Shown: positions 9,975 through 22,130 of the stretch, in pieces | How positions within the stretch are numbered: position 1 is the stretch's first letter | Layout of the letters: each line of letters opens with the position of its first letter | Origin: Macrostomum lignano | Lineage: Eukaryota | Assembly (NCBI GenBank): GCA_002269645.1 | Contig: NIVC01004695.1 | Coordinates: forward strand, 1 to 37,836 | Direction of reading: 5' to 3' | DNA: 37,836 bases | Made by a program: the position numbers and the translations under genes | The notes under the pieces: model-generated | What the model saw: only the letters and a program-made list of their open reading frames with translations | Databases searched by the model: none | Told to the model about the DNA's origin: nothing

Positions 9975-12048
9975 CTTGACTTACTTGACTTACTTGGCTG
10001 TCCCAGAGGGACACAGCGGGAAGGCGCGAACACCCATTCTGCTAATCCCTGAATGGCCGACGCGTCGCTATAGATGAAGGGTTGGCGCCGCCCAGGGAGG
10101 TCCCCCAGTGTCGCAAGCAGCTATAGTGCTCTCTGGAAATGAGAGTTCAGCCCTGCGGGTGGCCCGAAGGCAGCGCATGAGCTGATTAAAGTTTTCGGGT
10201 TTGCACGCTTCAGTAATAGATGTGTGTGACCCGAGGTAAGTGAGTCTGGCTCGCGTAAAGGCGGGACAGATGCTGACGAAATGCTCAGCGGTTTCGTCAC
10301 CTGAGTTACAGAAGCTTCAGGTGGCGTTGGTGGCGTTGCCCTGCAGGTACTGGTGCCTAGAGAAGCAGCCGTGACCTGAGAGGGTCATGGTGGCAGCCCG
10401 GATGTCTCTGCGCGAGAGGCTCAAGAGGAGCTTCCGGAGCTGGTGAGAGGGCTGAGGGACAGCGCCTCTGGATTGCCTGCAGGTAGTGCAGTTCGCCCAA
10501 GTCGAGCGGTGCTGGGTCCTGATCCACGTTTTGATTCGCGAGTCAATGACACAGCCAGGAATCGGGACAAGGGGTTCGGGACCGAGAGAGGAGCCGGAGG
10601 CGCCAACTTTTGCAAGGGCGTCAGCCAACTCATTTCCTCGGATCCCCATATGCCCCGGAATCCGTTTAAGGGTGATTTTGTTGGTGGAGATCAACACGTT
10701 GAGGAGTTTGATACAGTCGAGGACTGTATCAGAATTGGTGCTGCAGCCACTGATGGCGTGCAAGGCAGCTTTGCTGTCCGAATGGAAAATGATGTTCTTA
10801 CCGGTAACGCCAGTGGCGAGGACCTCTGCGATGCGGGAGCTGATGGCGAGAACTTCATTTTGGAAGACACTGGAGTTGACCCCAGTGTACTGAGCGTGGG
10901 TTGCGATGACCCTTCCGTTCAGGAAGATTCCAACACCAAAGCCGGTGTTGGCTGACTGTTTAGAACCGTCGGTGTAGCAATGAAGCTCACCAGGGTTCCA
11001 GTGGTCATTGATGGTATCGCATGAGTCGATAGCTACAGAGTAGCGTTGTCTCAGGTTGAGCGTTGAGGCAATGCCATCGGTGAAGACGCGATTGGCCTGA
11101 CACTCGTTGAGAATGTTGAGGCACAGGTCGCTATGCGGGACGAGGTTCCGCTTAGCAGGTGCCCTCATGTAAAGGAATTTGACACCGGCATCGAGTAAAC
11201 GCCGCGTCGTTCTAGCCGCCTCACCCCTGACGAAGAGGTCGAGAGGCGGTAGATTAAGGAAGGCCCCCATGCCGGCAAAGGGCGTGGACCTGGTGGCGTT
11301 GCAGATAAGCCTACACGCTCTGCCCTGGATCGTGTTGAGCAAATCTGCATGACTTTTGACCTGGGTAGCGCTGACCCAGACAACCGAGGCGTACGTAATG
11401 GCAGGTCTAACTACGGAAGTGTAGATCCACCAAAGTCGCTTTGTGGATAGACCCCAAGAGGTGCCAAGTGCTCGTCGGAGCTGGGCCAGGATGGCTGAGG
11501 CACGCTTGGCATTTGCTTTCACGTGGAAGGACCAGTTGAGCCGGTGGTCAAGTATGACCCCGAGACATCTGGTCTGGTGCGCGAAGGCAATATCTCTGCC
11601 GTATAGCTGCAGAGGTCGTATGTTCCAGCGTATTCTGTGGGTGAACATATGGCAACAGTTTTGGGCTCAGATAGTTCCAGACCGTTGTCATTGGCCCAGG
11701 ATTCTGCTTTGCGGATAAAGCTCTGCATCAGATCCCTGAGCGTGCTGGGGGATGGCCCTGCCACAATGGCAGTGACGTCGTCAGCATACCCGACTTTAGG
11801 ACGGGATCAGGTCGGGAGTCGCCCAGAAGAGCGTCCATGACCAGGTTCCAGAGCGTCGGGGTGTGGACTCCGCCTTGGGGTCCGCCCTTACAGACTCTGG
11901 CGGAGGCAGTTTGCCCGAGAAGTTGGGCAGTGACCGTACGGTTAGAGATCATGTACATGATCCACCGTATGAGGGTAACGTGAGCTTTGCGGTTTTGAAA
12001 GGCCCTCGCCCTTCAAATATCTAGTTATAGCTATAGCTATAGCTATAG
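9975..12048 (-). mobile_element. 5'-truncated, inactivated non-LTR retrotransposon (I group, R1/Loa-like) with partial RT, RNase H and CCHC knuckle
   Basis: Minus-strand RT motifs: LDI-EG-AF (~12000-12024), GGPQGGVHTPTLWNLVMD and YADD (11777-11788). RNase H motifs: YTDGS, FQNEVLAI, HSDS, GHMGIRGNELAD. The knuckle [TGA]SFC-x8-H-x4-C follows 10317, with final TAG at 10068-10070. 3' tail is (CAAGTAAGT)2.5. TSD is TGCATATGTATCGG (9961-9974) / TGCATACATGTATCGG (12049-12064). Frameshifts near 11795 and 11650. Confidence 0.92.
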
Positions 12049-12953
12049 TGCATACATGTATCGGATATACTCGTACATGTATGCACGTAACCACACCCAA
12101 TATTGTAGATCACGTTACCCACATGCTTGTTCATAGGTTTCTGAATAGAAACTCGAGCCGCCTTTGAATTGAACTACATTGGCTGAATAATTGAACGCAC
12201 AGTATATAGCTAAGCGACTTAATTTCGCTGTTTATTAGTATACGCGAGCGGAAATTTATGTCAGGAGTTCAATTCTGTCCACGAGAATTGCCTGCCTGCG
12301 TAGGGGTGTCTTCGCTATATATTAACATGCAATATATAGTTTGCTTATTTCGGATCCCATTTTGAGCCCAGTTGCTCATGCATGTAGATTAGCTCGTATT
12401 GAGTCCGAAATAAGATACAGGGGGGGGGGGGCGCTGCATTGAGTCAAAGCAACTGCAAGGCCACGGGTTTTTTTCAGAGTGAGCATTCTCAGTCCACATG
12501 AGTTTGCATTAAATAATTCTGGCATGATATAGTGCTGTATTTACTCAGGGTGGTTATGAAATGCTTGAGCTTAATAATGTACCAATGTGAATTATAGTTG
12601 AGCAATTGAAAAGAAGGGATCGAAGTCATTTAATATGAGAATGTGAACTCCCGGTACAGCTGGTTAACTCTCGATCCGGGGTTGAGCTTACAGTTTTAAT
12701 CGCCTATAATATTTTTGCGTAACAGATCGCGCACCCAATAATTTCCTCCGATTATATAGAGCAGTGCAGGACAAGGCGGAGAAGAATTCAAAAAAGCTAT
12801 AGTTAGGGTGCCATAAAAAACCCAGAGCAAGATCCACAAGCTCCTAAACTGAACATTTCTCGCTTAAGACGCCACATACCAGGTATTTTACCGATCTACA
12901 CATCTATAAAACTAATTAGAAACTAAGTTTCCGGCGCAGTGTTTTCTTCACTA

Positions 12954-14486
12954 ATGGATGATACTAAGCAGCAACCGGAAACGGTGAAAAATGTCTGCAT
13001 GACGGAGACTTCTCGGCGAAAATGCCTTCTGCTAATGAGCGCCTGTTTAATTCTGATGATGGCTGGCCAGTGTGTCTCAGGCCCTATATTTGCCAATTTC
13101 ATAAAGTTCAGCTATGGACTAAACCAGAGACAACTGGACTTTAGCGTTGCTCTACTGTACCTGGGAACAGTGCTAATCTTTCTCAGCGGACTCTTTTACG
13201 ACCGTTTTGGTACGAGAGCTTCGGTCGTCTTCAGTGGCGTCCTCTCCACGCTGTCCATGACTTTTGTTGCCGTCGCAATGGCGTATCCAGAGCCGCTGCG
13301 CCAGAACTTATGGCTGCTGTTCATTCTGCTGTTCCTGTACGGTCACAGCTTCAACTACAGCTACGTGGCTGCGATTGGTTGCTGCATGAAAAGTTTCTCA
13401 TCGAGTCAACGTGTCTTTGTCATGACGCTGGCGGACAACTTCTTCAGTCTGGGTCCCCCAGTTGTGGCCTTCATCTACTACGTGGTCTTCGACAATATGC
13501 ACAGAAGTAACACCGACCAGAGACCTGTAGGCACCCGGATCGTGCTCCTAGTTTTAAATGCCACTATTCATGTGTTCGCTTTTATCTTTCTAACACCGTT
13601 CGATGATTCTTTGGATAAAGAAAAACCTAGCGAATCGAGCCCTATTCTAGACAAACAGCCACCGGAACAGGATCGACAGAAACTACAGGATGCATTCAAC
13701 TCTAACATGAACGAAACGCATACTGCGACGGCTGAGACGATCGACACTCGACCGCAGGACGGTTTCCTGACGCAGACACAATACTTTTTTACCGTGTGCT
13801 GCTCAGATCGCTTCATGCCTCTCATGCTGGGCGTTGCTCTGTCCATCGGAGCAAACCTGACAACCTTTCTAAACCTGACTAGCGTCACTCGAAGTTTGTC
13901 GCTGACTCAATACGACGTTTACTATTTTTGGTTTCCAACTCTGGTGGGCATAGCTTGGCGCTGTCTGATTGGGCTTCTTACTGACAGACACCTACCGAAG
14001 GCAAGTCATCGATCTGCTGTTTTGCTTGCCAGCGTGGTCTGCTTCGGCGCTCCTTCGACGCTGCTTCTTAGCGTCCCACTGCTTCCAGGCGTGTCAGCTT
14101 TTGGTATTACGATTACGGCCTACGTTTTTGATAGTATCAACAACGCCACCCTATTCACCATTCCACCCGTGATCATCTCTATGACTGAAAAGCCGCACCT
14201 GTTCGGACGGCTCTACTCTTCCTGTCTTCTTTTAGCTTCAACAACTGGCCTGCTTCTTATTCTGCAATTCGGCGCTCTGTACGACGCTCAAATTCGAACA
14301 ACTTCCGGTGATAAGACAGGCGGCGTCGCGTTCAATTCCACGGCCCCTGGGACTGCTGCTAGCATACCGGAGTGCTTTGGCTACGTCTGCTACATGTACG
14401 GAGGCGTGGCAAGCACTGTGTGCCAGCTTGTGTCCATCGTTTGCTTCTCCTACTATACAATTTCTTTGCGGCGGGCCAACTTGTGA
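12954..14486 (+). CDS. Intronless major facilitator superfamily transporter, nodulin-like/NFD4/Mch1-type, ~510 aa
   Basis: Uninterrupted ORF with first in-frame ATG at 12954. About 12 hydrophobic helices in two bundles flank a hydrophilic central loop. MFS motif-A-like GLFYDRFGTR and GLLTDRHLP; N-terminal FANFIKFSYGLNQRQL resembles nodulin-like MFS. Subfamily assigned from memory. Confidence 0.85.
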   Translation: MDDTKQQPETVKNVCMTETSRRKCLLLMSACLILMMAGQCVSGPIFANFIKFSYGLNQRQLDFSVALLYLGTVLIFLSGLFYDRFGTRASVVFSGVLSTLSMTFVAVAMAYPEPLRQNLWLLFILLFLYGHSFNYSYVAAIGCCMKSFSSSQRVFVMTLADNFFSLGPPVVAFIYYVVFDNMHRSNTDQRPVGTRIVLLVLNATIHVFAFIFLTPFDDSLDKEKPSESSPILDKQPPEQDRQKLQDAFNSNMNETHTATAETIDTRPQDGFLTQTQYFFTVCCSDRFMPLMLGVALSIGANLTTFLNLTSVTRSLSLTQYDVYYFWFPTLVGIAWRCLIGLLTDRHLPKASHRSAVLLASVVCFGAPSTLLLSVPLLPGVSAFGITITAYVFDSINNATLFTIPPVIISMTEKPHLFGRLYSSCLLLASTTGLLLILQFGALYDAQIRTTSGDKTGGVAFNSTAPGTAASIPECFGYVCYMYGGVASTVCQLVSIVCFSYYTISLRRANL

Positions 14487-17400
14487 ACTTGACGATGGAG
14501 GCCAGAACTCACAGATAGTATGTATGTATTTGAAGTGCGTAATATATATGGTATCTATTAATATTTTACCTCTGAATAAATGGATACTTGAAACAAGCAC
14601 TTCCTTTTAAAATTCTTCCAGAGATTAAAAACTACGAGCTGCCTCTCGGACTAATAATCAAAATAATTTTAATTTATAACTTATATAACTAGCTAAGTAT
14701 AACAGTCTTCCAATTAATAGTTACCATTTCCTTCAGTCCAAAGTAACGTTACGAGTAACGTTAGATCCTGGTTGGCATTTGGTTAGTTTTTTTCACGTTA
14801 GTAATACTGCTTGAAACTAAAGTTATTCAGACGGAAGGAATATTTCCTTTACTGATATAAAAAACGTAAATAAAATACTTTTCTATCTATTTTAAATAGT
14901 TTTAAAAAGCACGCTATCATTCAAAATGACATTTACGAGGTGTTTTATGGATTTCCAGCGAATTCTAAATATTTTGTCCTATTAAATACAAGCGTGCAAA
15001 TGGCCGAAATTTATTTTTTAACTGCATGCCACTGGCAGAGTAGCTGTATGTAAGTGATTTCATTGACTTCAGATCAGTAAAATATATAATTTCCTACGTC
15101 TAATCAATTTAATGAATGCATTTTTTTGCATTCTGAACCCATACGTTCTCACACAATCTAAATCTGCAAATACGTAACACTGGTGGCTGAAAACTTAAAG
15201 ATTGTACATGTAGTAAATTATAAATGAATTGAGTTCAAGATTCACAAACACTAGTACTTACTAAAGTAGTTTGCGTTGTTTTAAAATAAGACAAAAACAA
15301 CAATAATATTAATGAATTGTAAGATTATTATAAGATTAGTATATAAGATAAGATTATATAAGATTAATTTAAGATTAATAAATTGTAATTTCGTATTATT
15401 AAAGAAAAATGCGAATGTTCGTGTTTGCTTTCGTTTTCTTGGCTTTCCTCAAACGAGATGTACCTTACCTCGACTCTACGTTGTACGAGAAAGATATGTT
15501 TTCAAAGGAGGCTGTAGCCAAGCGCGTTGTTAAGTTGTCCAGCTTACATCAAAATTCTGTTTTGCTAGCACCACTAACGCAACAAAGTCTTCGGTGTGAG
15601 CGCAAAATCTGTTTGATTGATTTCGCGCGAACTTCCAATCGGCGAAGGACTGCAGGAAACAGCAAAGCATCGGCCCGTCGGGCGCCCGCTGACTGATAAT
15701 TCAGACCCACTGTCACCTGCCGATCCGGTCACCTTTTGCTGACGCTGTCGTTCTGAACTCAACAGAGGAAAAGGTCACATCTGCATAATCACATAAAGGC
15801 GTGCCAATCTTTCTGAGCAGCTGTCAATGGACAAGCGTGGAGCTGAGATTCTGGCGCCGAACAGACTTTGCGGATCCAATTTCTTCAGAGAGGTTCAGCA
15901 AGTTTCAGTGGGACCTGAGGCTAAGCCAGCGGCAAACTAAGCAGGCGGCGCAGTAGATACGCGAATGACAAGGAGGCTATTCAATTGAGCCGACATCTTG
16001 AGCAGAAACTCCGAGAGATTGACATCATTACCCTGGAGTTTTTCGAAGTTGCACAGATTTCGTTGCAAATTAAGAGAGACCCAGCAAGAGCTGCGAATCG
16101 TTGCGTACTGCACAGATGTTGGTAATAATGGAAGACCGACGGATGGATCCTTCTGAGACTGCATAGCAACCATTGGAATCGATGGCGGCGGATTCTTTTG
16201 CAGCATATACTACTGACGGCAGCATCCTGGACAAGACAGCTGAACATCTTGCCGGCCAAAGCAACATGACGGAACAGTTCTCCATTCCATGCGTTGCCTA
16301 ATGTGAAGCGCATGTGCTTTGGCAATGAGCCATACTGCCTGGATTGAAGCAAGCTATTTCGGAATTTCCCAGACCAGCATTACATCAACATAACTTAAAC
16401 TTAAAACTTCAACATTAGTCCAAAGGTGCATGCACTACTAGCACATGTTCTAGAGTTTCTTCAAGCAGAAATTGAGAAGCAAAACCATCGCCTGGAGAAC
16501 GGGAAGCAGCCTCGATATCGCGGCTTTGGCTTTTGGTCCGAAAAGGTTTTCATTCACCATAGGCTAAGAACTGAAATTACCCAGCAAATAGGTTTTCTGC
16601 TATCGATTTGGTTTAGCTCGTATTTCACAAACATCAAACTCAATAGTACCGGTCACGCATGCATTCACTCTGCTCTCTCTCTCTCTCTGTACAACAGACT
16701 GATTTTAGCGTATGGTCCTCTCTGTGCCATTTCTCTACTTTAGCCATGGCTTCCAGCTATGGCCTAAATTGCTTGCAGTTAAAACCAAGCAGATTTCCGT
16801 TGTCTATGGCTTTCTCTGTTCTGTCTGCGTGCCGCAAGATCTCTACCAACTGCCACGTCGTCAGTCCTGCCGAAGATCACGCACCAATTTGAATGAAAAA
16901 CCAAATACGCTTACTTGTACCGACGAGTTTCAGAAGCGTGTCCGACACGTTAAAAAACAAAAAATCTATAAAAATAGAAAGCTTCCAAAAATTTCTATTC
17001 ACGTTGAAATTAGAAGTCCCATTATTAGGCTGACGTACTCAATTTCCAGACAATCTGAAGAATGATAAAATTAGATTGAAAATAAGTCCTGATACAATTA
17101 TTCTAAATTAAGAGTTCATGCACGAGTGCCAAAGCAGTAAAACGCACTAACAACAACAACAACAGAGTACGCTGCCGGATCGCACAACGTCAGATGGCAA
17201 AGCTTGGGCGCGAACAAAGGCAAGAGTCCGTTCGACGTAGCGCCGTAGAACGCAGTCCTGCAACAGTAGGCCTTGCAGGGAGTCGTAGTACTCCAACTTA
17301 TAGTGTAGTTGAAGTTTGGAACTTTTTCTGGAACATTCTTGCTTCCAGAATTTTTCAATGGAAAAAGCTATAAGTCTAAAGCATTTGCAATCAAACTATT

Positions 17401-18068
17401 GCTAACTTTACACAAAATTTTATTAATGAATAACAATATCGATTTTTTAAACACTCAATCGATAGAATTCAAAGAGCCAGTGTGATACATGTTACTCACT
17501 TTGTCACGTTTATCTCAGACCCCAGCTGCAATATCGAGCTCAAATCTTCAAGATGAGCCAGCAAGAACGGTTGCATTGGGATTCCATAAAAAGGATGAGA
17601 CTCACGCTGAAAACCAGCAGAGAGCAATAAAAAGTGTTCTATACTGCAGCTGTCAATCAAGCATTCAGACTCTTAGCCCCTGGAATCATGCATGAATTTT
17701 TGAAGCATCCATTCCAAGGCTAACGCACTATTTGCCTTGTCTTTTAGTTGTCTTTCGGTTGTCTTTTGCCTTGTCTTTTGGCAACACGAAAGAAGATGAA
17801 GAGGGTAAAAAGTAAATTATATGAAAAGTGCAAATCAAACTTCAAAACCCAAGCGTCGCCCAGATAGACGATTCATAAATCTCGCACGTTATTAATGGTT
17901 TCATAAATCAGATCTATATTTGAGAACACTGCAAGAATATAAGCTAGTCTGCAAATAGCGGTATTGCATCAGCTAAGATTGCACTGCGAAGGGATAGCTA
18001 ATTTTTTGTCATAAATCTTCAATTCCTTTTGGTGAATTCGGAGGTAGCAACGACAGTACTTCACTAAA

Positions 18069-19228
18069 TTAGCACTGCTCCTCAGTGGAATTAAACTGTT
18101 TCAAACTAGGAATAACTGTGAAAGCATTAAACAAAGGCCCGTGCAGAACTAAACCCTTCTGTCTGTTCTTAGACGACTTTCTCTTCTGCTTATTGGTGCT
18201 GAAGTGCCGGAAATCGTGGACCGCAAATGTTTTCTGTGTGAGCCTTCTGTTTGCAAACCTGCGGTAAAGCAGACTATTGCAAAGTCGCCGCTGTTGGTTT
18301 TTTAAAGTCCTGTAGCGCCGAATACAGGTGTACCGGATGCGACGCTTCTGGCTCGTGTCGTAGTTCGGACTGAATTCGTCCGGCTTAAACAGGTGCACTG
18401 AGCAGTTGACCTGTTCGGCTGGGCACAGACCGAGCTGGGTGTAGTTCTCGTGCACCTGCTTCATCAGAATCGGACCCGTGATGTGAGTGGCTTCGAAGTT
18501 GGTCCTCATGCGGTTGGGACTCGGTGAGAGGTTGCGGATCTTGGCGAGCATCTTGCACACGTAGTAGTAATAAAACGGGTGCTTTGGAATGCCGAACATC
18601 ACGGCGTTCGACACCAGCGACTTCAAGTTGTACAGGAAGACGGCGTGCTCTTCCGGCTCCTGTGCGACCATGGCGCCTCTCATCGGATTGTCGAACAGTG
18701 CTCCATGCTCCTGACTGGGAGAGTGTCCATGTCCACGTACAGTCCTCCGAAGTGGTACAGCGCCAGTGCTCGGATGAAGTCTGACCGCTCCAACGGTGTC
18801 TGCAGCTCGCTCTCGAACTCTTCAAGCAGCTCCGGATAGTGAAGTCGCAAAAGGCACAGAGCGTCTGCATCTCGCCACAGGTAGAACGTAAAGTTCGAGT
18901 AGCTTTCGTACCACCGCTTCAGGTAGCGCTTGTAGTTGTTGAGCATGAACTCGCTCTTGGCGGTGAAGTGAATGATTCTGGGAATCTTCAGATTTGAGGA
19001 CAAGTCCTTGAACACCAGCCGGTTCTCGCATGGCAGAGCCGGAGCGCTGACGGGTGCTCGATCGCGCAGCTTGGGACCGCCGCTTGAGTTGGAGAGCGGC
19101 CGATGTGAAGGAAAAAGTACATCCGGGTTGAGCACAATTCTGGCTACCGACAGCAGAGTAACCCAGAGCATCAGGGACGCAGCCAGTCTGCGTTGAACGA
19201 TAAGGCAGGTTAGTCGTCTCGGTTTCAT
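18069..19228 (-). CDS. GT32 (DXD, SUR1/OCH1-like) type II membrane glycosyltransferase, copy 1, one frameshift at ~18698
   Basis: ATG at 19228, N-terminal anchor LAASLMLWVTLLSVARIVL. Motifs KIPRIIHFT, ERSDFIRALALYHFGGLYVDMD and ITGPILM. ORFs 18680..19243 and 18069..18683 join once one base is restored (ACAGTG versus ACAGGTG in copy 2). Confidence 0.88.
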
Positions 19229-21255
19229 TCCGTTAAGTGGCAAGCAGCGAGCATAGCTTGCATCTGACAGACATTTAACCTAAGCTAAACCAAGCTTAAC
19301 TAACACTGGCTTGAATTCCATTGGCTCTGGCGCACCATTCAGTGTAGTGCCTTTCAAGGGCTGAAACGCAACAACGTTAAATCAAATAATTTAAGGAAGT
19401 AAAACAGGCATTTACTGGCTTGAGAACTGCAGTTTGGCAGATAGTTTATTCATGAAGGCTTAATGCTACAATTCAACTTTTGTGAGAGTTCATCTTATTA
19501 GCCAAGTCAAAGATGAGTTTGCCTGACAAGTAATGATCTTGAAAAGTCGTTCACATTCTACGATAGTTGATCAGCCGTGCAGTAAATTATTTATAGGTTA
19601 CTGCGATAAACTGCTTGAGAATTCAACTCATTTTTATTGTTTATCCGCCTCGCCAGTTATGTACTTTTCTGGTTCACTGAGGAGACATGTTTCCAAGAAA
19701 ACTAGGTTTTTTTTCCTTTGCTTTGTTCCACTTCCTTTTTCTCAACTTTGCAATACTGAAAATTGGAAATTAAATATTTATTTTTCCATTGAGCAATAAG
19801 ATAAATATGAAGAGTTAAAAATAGATAATCAATGCTCAATGTCATAAAAGCTAAAAACCATTGTCTTGCAAATAAAATCAGAATATTGGAATCAAGCAGG
19901 AATTTCTAAAAAATACATGCATAATTTTAACAGTTTCTCCTTCGTCTGCAAAAATATAAAATTAGCTAAAAAATACAATTGGACTACTCAAATCTGAGGG
20001 AAAACTACGTTTCTGGGAATATTTTAGGAGGTAGGTTTCACCGAAAAAGCATTACGGATCAAGATAAGAGGTTTTTTATTTTTAATTCAGTACAAAAAAT
20101 GTTGGCTATCGCTTTTGATTGGAAACAGACTCATTGTTCATCTTTTGATGTCAATTGTCTTTATTATAGCTTTTCATTTAAAATTAGGATCCTATGTTAA
20201 TTTTATATGCTGCCTACAATCCTACATGTACTGCACCGTACATGTAGTCATTATCGATTTTATGATTTTTAGCTTAATGACGGTGTAAATATGTGTAACA
20301 GCTAATAATAAAAATAGATTCACAAAACTAATGAATCTTAATGTTGTGCCATTTTTAATGATTTTTAGGCATACAACATGCACTTAGGATATAATTTCGA
20401 ATGTAGTTTTTCGGTAAAAAAACGATTCCTAGAAATTTCTCAAGAAACATAGTTATTTCCTGTCCTTCTGCTTGAGTAGTCTTTGCCTTAATACCCTGCG
20501 GTTGACAGCTTTGGTACAAGCATGAGAATAGGTTCTACCGGATATATGCAGAATCCACGGATGATAGAGCAAGAAGAAATTTTCTACAGAGTCGATCCGT
20601 CTGCTGTAGGGTGTCCCACCGCTGCTCAGTATGACCTGCTGCCCAAATACTCGCTCAGCGAGTATGAGTTTACCCTCTCCTGTAGCAACTGAATAATTAA
20701 TGCCAGAATGTAGGCATCCTGCAGTATCTTGCATGCAGGGTAGCTAGGCAAGTGTAGAAAACCTTTGTGCTAGTGTTTAATCTGGGTAGAAATCACCTTT
20801 CTTATTATTTAGTGTACATGTAAATGGACTGAATTACAGTTCTTACTGCCAGTAAACCTGCGTTCATCATTGCCAATTTAGAGGTGAACTTTTGGCACCT
20901 GCTCAGTGCCACTGCATGCCAATTATCCAGTGCACAAGATGAACCAGATCAATGCATTTGTTCACCTTATAACGACTTGTTTACTAATCAAACATTGAGT
21001 TGGTAGAATGCTTTAAAAATTCTGGCTTTATTCTCCATATTACATTTTCAGCTTCAAGCACCTCCAGTTTGGATAACCTTTATACTGAAAAATTGCAAAC
21101 TTAAAGTACTACTATAAGTGCTACAAATGCAAGTAGTAGGAAACGTTTTATGGAGACATATTTTACTAAAGCGTAAGCCACAGTGGCAGAGGGGCGCAAC
21201 ACGCCCCCTCCCCTAGTAAGCTGACAAAATGATTTCACACCTCAGCACCTACTCT

Positions 21256-21751
21256 GGCGCCCCTTGGTGCTGGCGCCCCTTGGTGCTGGCGCCCCTTGGT
21301 GCTGGCGCCCCTTGGTGCTGGCGCCCCTTGGTGCTGGCGCCCCTTGGTGCTGGCGCCCCTTGGTGCTGGCGCCCCTTGGTGCTGGCGCCCCTTGGTGCTG
21401 GCGCCCCTTGGTGCTGGCGCCCCTTGGTGCTGGCGCCCCTTGGTGCTGGCGCCCCTTGGTGCTGGCGCCCCTTGGTGCTGGCGCCCCTTGGTGCTGGCGC
21501 CCCTTGGTGCTGGCGCCCCTTGGTGCTGGCGCCCCTTGGTGCTGGCGCCCCTTGGTGCTGGCGCCCCTTGGTGCTGGCGCCCCTTGGTGCTGGCGCCCCT
21601 TGGTGCTGGCGCCCCTTGGTGCTGGCGCCCCTTGGTGCTGGCGCCCCTTGGTGCTGGCGCCCCTTGGTGCTGGCGCCCCTTGGTGCTGGCGCCCCTTGGT
21701 GCTGGCGCCCCTTGGTGCTGGCGCCCCTTGGTGCTGGCGCCCCTTGGTGCT
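21256..21751. repeat. Perfect 16-bp tandem array (GGCGCCCCTTGGTGCT) x31
   Basis: 496 bp equals 31 units; no variant unit seen. Confidence 0.97.
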
Positions 21752-22130
21752 GGCTCAGATCTTCATCGAATTTTCATCGAGCTGGCGCTTCAAAAGCAGT
21801 TTGAGCAGCGTGAGGCATGAGCATTGCGGAATGGGCGACGCTCGCCTCCACGCTGCGTCTTCGGACCGCCATGCAGCTAAGAGGCATGAGCAATTTTCAA
21901 CTCGTTTATGTACTACAAGGGTCGACATGTATTCCTACAATATTCCATGCTGGACGAGTGTCTGTACGCTCCCAGGCTCTCCACTTCCACCTCGAAGTGT
22001 CCGTACGCCTCGGGGTCGCCACTCTCTCGCCTATCACACCCGGCAAGCTCTGGGCAGTCCGACCCCCGAACCCCCGATCACCCCGTCTGCGGCCCACACG
22101 GACGGAAGCAAAAAATACAACACTAGCACT
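21752..22130 (+). mobile_element. Degraded fragment of a second RNase H-containing non-LTR element (post-RT region to start of RNase H)
   Basis: Mosaic translation AQIFIEFSS..LQKQFEQ..ALR..GDARLHAASSDRHAA..EQFSTRL...PSAAHTDGSK parallels the RT-thumb-to-RNase H connector and the YTDGS motif of the element at 10-12 kb. Confidence 0.45.

Noticed and set aside
10317-10319. Selenocysteine recoding of the TGA at the zinc-knuckle cysteine
   Set aside because: The element is truncated and frameshifted and no SECIS is evident; a TGY to TGA mutation is far simpler.
10421-11840. Plus-strand and alternative-frame ORFs over the LINE
   Set aside because: Shadow ORFs of GC-rich retroelement coding sequence.
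15535-17270. Fleeting resemblance of APKLCH and FPAVLRRL to Dicer platform/connector motifs
   Set aside because: Spacing is wrong and no RNase III or PAZ motifs are visible.
20453-20734. 93-aa minus-strand ORF with an acceptor-like ttattcAG near 20690
   Set aside because: No recognisable family, no partner exons and a weak donor; insufficient support.
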